This document shows, piece after piece, positions 56,978 to 64,000 of a DNA stretch of 64,000 bases. Origin of the DNA: an uncultured Chloroflexia bacterium (lineage in GTDB: Bacteria > Chloroflexota > Limnocylindria > Limnocylindrales > CSP1-4); assembly GCA_963766735.1 (NCBI GenBank), contig CAVYBU010000006.1:64001-128000 (forward strand), given 5' to 3'. Each line of letters opens with the position of its first letter. The first letter of the stretch is position 1. The notes beneath the pieces are model-generated. The model was not told the origin of the DNA. It did no database searches and worked only from the letters and a program-made list of their open reading frames with translations. A program made the translations under genes and the position numbers.

Positions 56978-58387
56978 CTAGTCCAGGTCCTCGTTGATCC
57001 CCTGGTCGCCTGCGAGGGGAGCCAGGCCCTGCAGCGACCGGAGCCGGTTCACGCGATCGATGGTCCGCGGGTGCGTCGCAAAGATCCGGGAGGCCCGCCG
57101 CTCGGTTGCCCGGATCGGGTTGACGAACCAGATCGGCGCGGTGGCGCGGTTGGCGGCCAACAGCACCTCGCTCGTGCTCGCCGCTGCGAGCAGCGCGCTC
57201 TCGAGGGCCGCCGGGTTGCGACCCAGCTCGACGGCCGTCGCGTCGGCCAGGTACTCACGCTCGCGCGACACGGAGACCTGGGTTAGCCGGGCGAACAGCG
57301 GCGCGATGGCGTTGAGCACGGTGGCAACGAGCAGAAGCACGAGCACGAAGATGATGATCGCCAGGATGACCGCAATGGCCGAGCCTGAGCCATCGCCACC
57401 GCCTCCACCGCCGCCGCCTCCCCCGCCGCTGCTTCCGCCGCCGCCGCTTCCGCCGCCGCCTCCCCCGCCGCTGCTTCCGCCGCCGCCCCAGCTGCCGAAG
57501 CCCCAGGAGCCGCCGCTGCCCCCACCGCCGGCGGTGTCGACGATCAGCCGGGGCACCCGCAGCGGGAACGTGACGACCCGGAAGAACCCGTCCGCGATGA
57601 GCACGACGAGGCCCACCCCGATGGCGACGACCAGGCTGTACCGGCTGTCGTAGTTGCGGATGTGCGAGAGCTCGTGGGCAACGACGCCCTGCAACTGCTC
57701 GCGGTCCAGTGCCCGGAGCAGGCCGCGGGTCACGACGATCACCGCGTGCGTGGGATCGCGGCCCGCCGCGAACGCGTTCGGCGCCGCCTCCTCGATCACG
57801 TACGCGCCCGGGGCGGGTATGCCCGCTGCCAGCGAGAGCTCCCGCACGACATCGAGGAACCGCGCATCCAGCGGGGAGCCCGGCTCGGTTGGCCGGGCGC
57901 TCGACATCCGCAGCAGGGCCCGATCCCCCAGCCTGAATGACGCGACCGCCGACGCCACGCCCGCGGCGATCGCCCCACCGGCGACCGCAAGCCCGACAGA
58001 GGTCCGCAGCGACACGACGATCGCCACGATGTAGGCGGTGAGAGCAAGCGTGACGACGATCGCCGCGGACAGGAACAGGCTGTTGCGCCGGTTCTCGGCA
58101 GCCTGGGACCAGAAGGTGGAGCCAGGAGGCGAGATCCGGTGCCAGGCGACCGGCACGGCAACCAGCAGGACCAGCGCCAGCACCATGACCAGCGGCGGCT
58201 CCCAGGGCGTGATCCCGAGCGGCCCTGACCGGAAGGTGAACGGGAGGTTCCCGTACTCGGCAACGTAGTAGATGACCAGGCCCGTGATGGCCGGCACCAG
58301 CACGAGGATCGCGACGAACGCGAGCGCGATCCGCCCGTAGTCCGCATCACCGACTCCGGACGCGATGCCCGATCGGGAGCGGCTCAC
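56978..58387 (-). CDS. htpX: M48 family zinc metalloprotease (HtpX-like) with poly-Gly insert
   Basis: PNAFAAGR, AHELSH, SREREYLADA, THPRTIDRV; start approximate. Confidence 0.82.
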   Translation of the reverse strand: MSRSRSGIASGVGDADYGRIALAFVAILVLVPAITGLVIYYVAEYGNLPFTFRSGPLGITPWEPPLVMVLALVLLVAVPVAWHRISPPGSTFWSQAAENRRNSLFLSAAIVVTLALTAYIVAIVVSLRTSVGLAVAGGAIAAGVASAVASFRLGDRALLRMSSARPTEPGSPLDARFLDVVRELSLAAGIPAPGAYVIEEAAPNAFAAGRDPTHAVIVVTRGLLRALDREQLQGVVAHELSHIRNYDSRYSLVVAIGVGLVVLIADGFFRVVTFPLRVPRLIVDTAGGGGSGGSWGFGSWGGGGSSGGGGGGGSGGGGSSGGGGGGGGGGGDGSGSAIAVILAIIIFVLVLLLVATVLNAIAPLFARLTQVSVSREREYLADATAVELGRNPAALESALLAAASTSEVLLAANRATAPIWFVNPIRATERRASRIFATHPRTIDRVNRLRSLQGLAPLAGDQGINEDLD

Positions 58388-58391
58388 GACA

Positions 58392-59483
58392 TCAGCCGCC
58401 GAAGATCCGGGACAGCTCGAACGGGACGCTGGTCTCAAGCTGGTCGTAGCGGCAGTCTGCGATCGGCTTGTCCGGGCGCCAGCGCCGGAACGTCGTCCCG
58501 TGGCGGAACCGGTCGCCCTGGAGGTGGTCGTACGCGACCTCGGCCACGCGCTCGGTGCGCAGCGGCTCCCACGAGAGGTCCTTGCCGCGGTTCCACCGGG
58601 ACCCCGCGCCCGGCATGCGCTGTCCGGGCACTTCGGCGGCAGCATCGAAGGCCGCCCAGGCCGCCCACTCAGCCCAGGGGTGCCCGTCCAGCGCCCCCTC
58701 GCGCAGCGGCGCCAGCTCCTCCACCAGGGCCGCCCGCCGCTCCCACGTGAACGAGGACGTGACGCCGGCGTGATGGAGCGTGCCCTCGTCGTCGAACAGG
58801 CCCAGCAGCAGCGAGCCGACGTGGGTCCCCGGCCCGTTCTTGTGCCACCGGAACCCGGCCACCACGCAGTCCGCCGTCCGCTCGTGCTTGATCTTCAGCA
58901 TCGCGCGCTTGCCGGGCTGGTACGCCCCGTCCAGGCGCTTCGCCATCACGCCGTCCAGGCCCGCGCCCTCGAACCGATCGAACCAGTCCGCCGCCAGCGC
59001 CCGGTCGAGCGTCGCCGGCGTGAGGTGGACGGGAGGCTGAGCGCCGCCCAGCACCGCCTCCAGCCGCGCCCTGCGCTCTCCCTGGGGCACGCCGCGGAGA
59101 TCCTCGTCACCCAGCGCCAGCAGGTCCCACGCGACGAACGATGCCGGCGACTCGGCCGCGAGCATCCGCACCCGCGATGCAGCCGGGTGGATCCGCAGCA
59201 GGAGCGCCTCGAAATCCAGCGCGCCGTCGCGCGCGATCACCACCTCGCCGTCCAGCACGCAGCGCTCTGGAAGCTGGGCGAGGAACGGTGCCTCGAGCTC
59301 GGGGAAGTAGCGGTCAAGGGGCTTCCGATCCCGGCTCTGCGTGAAGACCTGGTCGCCGTCCCGAAAGACGAGCGCCCGGAAACCATCCCACTTGGGCTCG
59401 AACAGCCAGCCGTCCCCCTCCGGGAGTGATGACGACGCCTTCGCCAGCATGGGCTCCAGCGGGGGCGGGAACGGGAGTGCCAT
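58392..59483 (-). CDS. ligC: ATP-dependent DNA ligase, LigC type
   Basis: PMLAK, EPKWDGFR, LDGE, DGVMAK, KIKHERTADCVV, RFRH, WRPDK. Confidence 0.9.
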   Translation of the reverse strand: MALPFPPPLEPMLAKASSSLPEGDGWLFEPKWDGFRALVFRDGDQVFTQSRDRKPLDRYFPELEAPFLAQLPERCVLDGEVVIARDGALDFEALLLRIHPAASRVRMLAAESPASFVAWDLLALGDEDLRGVPQGERRARLEAVLGGAQPPVHLTPATLDRALAADWFDRFEGAGLDGVMAKRLDGAYQPGKRAMLKIKHERTADCVVAGFRWHKNGPGTHVGSLLLGLFDDEGTLHHAGVTSSFTWERRAALVEELAPLREGALDGHPWAEWAAWAAFDAAAEVPGQRMPGAGSRWNRGKDLSWEPLRTERVAEVAYDHLQGDRFRHGTTFRRWRPDKPIADCRYDQLETSVPFELSRIFGG

Positions 59484-59629
59484 GGCGCGAACGATACCCC
59501 GCACGGTGCGCCCGCAGCGAGGGCGAGGAACCGACGCGCCGCCGGCCGCGTCCTCGGCGCACGTCCCCCATCGCCAACGCGACATGCAACTGTCCGGCAC
59601 CAACCGGTGCCACCCGGAGGTGACATCAC

Positions 59630-60628
59630 ATGAGGATCCCGCAGCGGCAGGACCACAGCGTCCGCCTGGTTCTCGTCCTCGGTCTCGTGGCCGCGATCCT
59701 CCTCGCCGCGTGCGGCGGCAGCGCCTCGGCGCCGCTGGAGAACGTCGGCGCCCCGATCCCCGGTAGCGAACGAACCGGGCAGAGCCAGGGCGCCCCCGTC
59801 TCGCCCGAAGACGCCGCCCTCTCGCCCGATGAGCAGGGCCCCGCGACCGGGGGCACGGACGGGAACGGCAACCCGGCAAGCCCCCTGCGCGATGACCTCA
59901 AGATCGTCTACACGGGCGCCCTCCAGCTCGTCGTGGCGGACCTGCCGCAGGCCCTGGCCAAGGGGCGCGCGGCCGTCGCGGCGGTGGGTGGCTACATCGG
60001 CGCCTCGCAGGAGTCCAACACCGACGACCGCTCCGTCGCGACCATCACCTACCGCATCCCGGCGAGTCGCTGGGAAGAGGTCATCGCGGCCCTGCGCGGC
60101 CTCGCCACCGAGGTCGTGTTCGAGCAGACCCAGGCCACCGAGGTCGGCGGCCAGATCGTCGACGTAGAGGCCCGGCTCAGGAACCTCCGCGCCAGCGAGA
60201 GCTCGCTGGTCGAGATCGCGAAGGGCACCGGCAAGATCAGCGACCTGCTCCTGGTCGAGGAGCAGCTGACCCAGGTCCGGGGCCAGATCGAGCAGCTCGA
60301 CGCGCAGCGTGCCCAGCTGGAGGACCAGGTGGCCTACGGCACCCTGGTCACGACGTACGGCACCGAGGTCCTCGCCGTCCAGGAGACGGCGAAGGGCTGG
60401 GATCCGACCGGGGACGTGGACGGAGCCCTCGCGACGCTCATCGGCGTGGGCCAGGCGATCGTCAGCGGCGGCATCTGGTTCGCCATCGTGTGGCTGCCGC
60501 TGATCCTGGTGCTGCTCCTCCTGGCGCTCGTCATCCGGTTTGCCTACCGCCGGTACGGCCCGAAGCCGAAGCCGACGCAGCATGACCCGATCCCGGGCTG
60601 GGGCGGCAGCGGAGACGCCAGCGCCTGA
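59630..60628 (+). CDS. DUF4349 domain lipoprotein
   Basis: Lipobox LAAC, KIVYTG, ITYRIP, VRGQIEQL...VAYGTL, C-terminal TM. Confidence 0.85.
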   Translation: MRIPQRQDHSVRLVLVLGLVAAILLAACGGSASAPLENVGAPIPGSERTGQSQGAPVSPEDAALSPDEQGPATGGTDGNGNPASPLRDDLKIVYTGALQLVVADLPQALAKGRAAVAAVGGYIGASQESNTDDRSVATITYRIPASRWEEVIAALRGLATEVVFEQTQATEVGGQIVDVEARLRNLRASESSLVEIAKGTGKISDLLLVEEQLTQVRGQIEQLDAQRAQLEDQVAYGTLVTTYGTEVLAVQETAKGWDPTGDVDGALATLIGVGQAIVSGGIWFAIVWLPLILVLLLLALVIRFAYRRYGPKPKPTQHDPIPGWGGSGDASA

Positions 60629-60644
60629 AGCTGCGCAGGACGCG

Positions 60645-61046
60645 TCAGCGGGCGACGATCACCGTGACGTGGGCGTGCGCGGCGACGTGTTCGGAGACGC
60701 TGCCCTGGAGCGTCCTGGCCAGGGCGCCGAGGCCGCGGGTCCCGATCACGATCGTGTCGTACCCGCGCTCGTCGGCGATCCTCTCGATGGTCTTCGCGGG
60801 GTCACCCCCCGGCTCAAGCAGGTCGGCTTCGATGCCGGCATCCCGCAGCAGCCTGCGGGCCTCGAGCAACTCCTCTGCATGGACCGTGCGGTCGTCCCAC
60901 GGATCGATGGGTGCCCGACCGGCCCGGACCGGCACCACGCTGATCACGCCGACCGTGGCCTCGTAGAACCTTGCCAGCTCGACGGCCTGCTCCAGCGCGC
61001 GCTTCGCGGGCTCGCCCCCGTCATAGGCGAGCAGGATCTTCTTCAT
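60645..61046 (-). CDS. Universal stress protein
   Basis: KKILLAYDG, GDPA, IVIGTRG, GSVSEHV. Confidence 0.92.
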   Translation of the reverse strand: MKKILLAYDGGEPAKRALEQAVELARFYEATVGVISVVPVRAGRAPIDPWDDRTVHAEELLEARRLLRDAGIEADLLEPGGDPAKTIERIADERGYDTIVIGTRGLGALARTLQGSVSEHVAAHAHVTVIVAR

Positions 61047-61222
61047 GGCCTCGACTCCCTTCCGGAGGCGCGCCGGCACTGGACGTTCTCTTGCCACGGC
61101 GGGTCTTCAACAGCGAAGCATGGATGCCGCGAGGGGCGACGCCCAGCGGCCCATGGCCGGGCGCGCCGTGCCGAAGGGCACGATTCGGTCATGGCTCGAA
61201 CCGGTCTGGCACCATGTCCGGC

Positions 61223-62041
61223 ATGTCCGACCAGCAGGTGCGCTACGACAGGATCGCCCAGGGCTACGCCAGGTGGTGGTCGCCGATCCACCGCGCGTCC
61301 ACCCTGCGGCTCCTGGACGAAGCCGATACCGACGTAGCGGGAGGGGCGCGGCGGATCCTCGACGTCGGGTGCGGCACGGGGGCGATGGCGGTTGCCGCCG
61401 CCGAGCGCTGGCCGACGGTGACGGTGGACGGGGTCGACGCGTCGGAGGGCATGCTCGCGATCGCACGCGGCGAGCTCGACAAGGTGCCGGGCTCGGTGCG
61501 GGATCGTGTCCGGTACGGGCACGGGTATGCGGAGGGGCTGCCATTTGCGGATGCCACCTTCGACGTCGTGCTGGTCGCATTCGTGTTGCAGCTCGTCCCG
61601 TCCCGACCGCGCGCGCTGCGCGAGATGCGGCGGGTGCTCCGGCCCGGCGGCCGCCTGGCCTGCGTCCGGTGGCTCGACGGCGGCGAGCGGCTGGGCGCGG
61701 ACGACGCCTACGACGAAGCGCTGGAGGCGGCGGGCATCGATCCGCGGGGCGAGGGAGATGACCGCCCAGACGCGGTGTCACCCGCCGCTGCCACAGCGCA
61801 GCTCCGCAGGGCCGGGTTCCGGGGAGTGACCTCGCACGTGGCCGACCTTGAGCACGCGTTCACCCCGGAGGGGTTCGCAGGGTTCATCACGCGATTCGAT
61901 GACGAGGACCTGTTCGCCACGATGGAGCCGGTGGCACGCGCCACCCTGGAAGCGGACCTGGTCCGACGGCTGCGCGTGCTGCCGCCGGACGGGCTCCGTC
62001 TGAGGCTGCCGACCGTGTATGCCAGCGGGTACCGGGGGTAG
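61223..62041 (+). CDS. Class I SAM-dependent methyltransferase
   Basis: ILDVGCGTG, GVDAS, LPFADATFD, RVLRPGG; start could be 61214. Confidence 0.88.
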   Translation: MSDQQVRYDRIAQGYARWWSPIHRASTLRLLDEADTDVAGGARRILDVGCGTGAMAVAAAERWPTVTVDGVDASEGMLAIARGELDKVPGSVRDRVRYGHGYAEGLPFADATFDVVLVAFVLQLVPSRPRALREMRRVLRPGGRLACVRWLDGGERLGADDAYDEALEAAGIDPRGEGDDRPDAVSPAAATAQLRRAGFRGVTSHVADLEHAFTPEGFAGFITRFDDEDLFATMEPVARATLEADLVRRLRVLPPDGLRLRLPTVYASGYRG

Positions 62042-62056
62042 CCGGCACCCGGCGGA

Positions 62057-62695
62057 TCAGACCTCGGCGGCCGGTTCCGCTTCGGGCTCGACGACCGGCT
62101 CCTCGCCGAGGGCCACGACGACCTCCTCGACGATCTCCTCGCGCGGCTCCAGCACCCGGGCGATCACATCGGCGGGATCGGCCAGGATCGTCACGCCTTC
62201 GGGCACGGCCAGGTCGGCGACGGTGATCGTGTCGTCATAGGTCGCCAGCGACCCGAGGTCGTAGTGGATCGACTCCGGCAGGTTGGCCGGCAGCGCCCGC
62301 GCCTTGATCATGGAGACGGGGTGCACGAGCGAGCCGCCCTGGGCGGCTGCCGGTGCGGCACCCTCTGCCACGAGCTGGACCTCGACCGTGAGTTCCTCGG
62401 TCATCCGGACCACGAACAGGTCCACGTGGAGCGGCCGCCTGGTGAGCGGATGGATCTGGATGCCCTGGAGCAGGACCGGGCGAGCGTCGCCACCATCCAC
62501 CGAGAGGTCGACGAGCGTGGAGCGCCCGGTCCGGCGGCGCAGCTGGTCGAAGGCGTGGGCGTCGATCATCACGGACTCGCTTTCCGTGCCATGACCGAAC
62601 ACGACAGCCGGCAGGCGTCCCTCCTTGCGGAGTCGGGCGACCTTCTTGCCGGTGATGGTGCGGCGCTCCGCCGCGAGACGGGGACGATCGGCCAT
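62057..62695 (-). CDS. rplY: 50S ribosomal protein L25 / Ctc
   Basis: GKKVARLRKEGRLPAVVFG, IQIHPLTRRPLHVDL, LPANLPESI, acidic tail; RBS GGAGG. Confidence 0.93.
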   Translation of the reverse strand: MADRPRLAAERRTITGKKVARLRKEGRLPAVVFGHGTESESVMIDAHAFDQLRRRTGRSTLVDLSVDGGDARPVLLQGIQIHPLTRRPLHVDLFVVRMTEELTVEVQLVAEGAAPAAAQGGSLVHPVSMIKARALPANLPESIHYDLGSLATYDDTITVADLAVPEGVTILADPADVIARVLEPREEIVEEVVVALGEEPVVEPEAEPAAEV

Positions 62696-62928
62696 TGATG
62701 CGAGCCTCCAGCTCTGTCGGCATCCGGACGGGGTCTGGCATCCGGTCCGGCGGCGCCCGGGGCGAGCAGTAGCCCGGGGCGAGCGGGCCTCCGGCCCGTG
62801 CATATCGCTGCCGAGGCTATCACGAGCGTCCACGGCGGTACGTCCGCGGCCCCGTCCGGGGTCGCGGGACCCGCTGCGCTGCACCCATCGCCCACCCCGG
62901 CGGCCTCCCGGTGTAGGATCGCCGAGCC

Positions 62929-63627
62929 GTGGCAGCCACCATCCTGATCGTCGAAGACGAGTTCGCCGTTGCGCGTGGGATCCAGTACGCCCTCCAGCAG
63001 GAAGGGTACGAGGTCACCGTCGCGCGGTCGGGCGAGGAGGGGCTGGACTTCGCCACCAACCAGGCCCCCGATCTCATCGTCCTGGACGTCCGCCTCCCGG
63101 GCATCGACGGCTTCGAGGTGCTGCGCCGCCTCCGCGCCGTCGGCTCCAAGGCGCCGGTCCTGTTCCTCACCGCCCGCGGCGACGAGTTCGACAAGGTGGT
63201 CGGCCTCGAGCTGGGCGCCGACGACTACGTCACCAAGCCGTTCGCCCTCCGGGAGCTGATGAGCCGCATCCGGGCCCTGCTGCGCCGCGCGTACGGGGAC
63301 CTGGCCAACGCCGCCGGCGGGCGGGTGATCCGCCACGAGGACCTCGTCATCGATCTCGAGCGCCGGCGCGTCCAGCGCGGCAACCGGCGCATCGCCCTGA
63401 CGGCGACCGAGTTCGAGATCCTCCGCCACCTGGCCAGCCGCCCGGGGCGGGTGTTCACCCGTCGGGAGCTGCTGGAGCTGCTGCGCGACTACGACGCCCT
63501 GGACCAGGACGAGAAGACGATCAACGTCCACGTCAGCCACCTGCGCGAGAAGATCGAGGACGATCCCTCGCTGCCCCACTTCGTGCTGACGGTCCGGGGT
63601 GCGGGCTACCAGTTCGCCGAGCGCTGA
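62929..63627 (+). CDS. OmpR/PhoB family response regulator
   Basis: ILIVEDE, LIVLDV, LTAR, GADDYVTKPF, winged helix TVRGAGY. Confidence 0.95.
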   Translation: MAATILIVEDEFAVARGIQYALQQEGYEVTVARSGEEGLDFATNQAPDLIVLDVRLPGIDGFEVLRRLRAVGSKAPVLFLTARGDEFDKVVGLELGADDYVTKPFALRELMSRIRALLRRAYGDLANAAGGRVIRHEDLVIDLERRRVQRGNRRIALTATEFEILRHLASRPGRVFTRRELLELLRDYDALDQDEKTINVHVSHLREKIEDDPSLPHFVLTVRGAGYQFAER

Positions 63628-63628
63628 C

Positions 63629-64000
63629 ATGGGCGATCCCCGCCCGCCCCGGGGCCGCCGCGACCCGCGGCCGCCGCTCCGCCCGACGGTCCCGAGGTCG
63701 TTCCAGACCCGGTTGACCATCGCGTTCATGGGCGTCGTCGCCCTGACCCTCGCGCTGGTGGCACCGGTGGTGATCAACCGCCTCGACGACTACTTCCGGA
63801 TCCAGGAGGAACAGAGCCTCCGCGCGCAGGCCGCGGCCACCGCGGCCATCCTCGACCGGTTCATCTCGGAGTCGGTCGGTACCAATGGCGTGGTAGCGGT
63901 CGTGGACGGCACACTCCAGCTGAACCCCGCCGTCGAGGCGGCGCTGATCGGAGGCGACCTCCTGGCGCTCGCCGCCCAGAACATCGCCCACGCCGACGTC
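63629..64000 (+). CDS. Probable sensor histidine kinase, N-terminal part (cut by window edge)
   Basis: ATG 1 nt after the regulator stop; open frame to the end: SFQTRLTIAFMGVVALTLALVAPVV (TM1) then a periplasmic-like segment; kinase core not visible. Confidence 0.7.
   Translation, partial: MGDPRPPRGRRDPRPPLRPTVPRSFQTRLTIAFMGVVALTLALVAPVVINRLDDYFRIQEEQSLRAQAAATAAILDRFISESVGTNGVVAVVDGTLQLNPAVEAALIGGDLLALAAQNIAHADV

Noticed and set aside
55488-59483. Complete NHEJ system
   Set aside because: No Ku or phosphoesterase domain in the window; the pair fits Prim-PolC/LigC repair.
62700-62920. tRNA gene near rplY
   Set aside because: No cloverleaf or T-loop consensus could be found on either strand.

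Overview
A very GC-rich (roughly 70%, by eye), densely coding 64-kb chromosomal window. It is probably from a monoderm Terrabacteria lineage (Chloroflexota/Actinomycetota-like; inferred from gene content and many leaderless TANNNT promoters). I found no rRNA, tRNA, CRISPR array, transposase or integrase. The left part (0.1-9.6 kb) holds a Vps62/NPP1-like membrane protein, two ABC exporter operons, TetR and a VapBC pair. The middle (9.6-42.7 kb) is an accessory sulfur/membrane-transport island: a MalT-type LuxR ATPase, a DszB-like protein with SulP and rhodanese, three SulP permeases (one fused to two PASTA domains), an arylsulfatase with an N-terminal DUF1269 domain, an anaerobic sulfatase maturase, three further DUF1269/DUF6325 proteins, TMEM175, a tandem AI-2E transporter, an ABC1 kinase with a 4-TM N-terminus, and a P-type ATPase whose M4 reads PTGL rather than PEGL. 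The island also contains a ~340-bp direct repeat, a repeated hairpin with a compensatory base change and a candidate regulator box. The right part holds stress/housekeeping genes (USPs, a canonical Ca-type P-ATPase, OCD, MFS, nitrilase, Prim-PolC/LigC, HtpX-like protease, rplY, an OmpR-type two-component system cut by the window edge). Three genes carry single-base frameshifts that may be sequencing errors. All family calls come from motif recognition by eye; no database searches were run.
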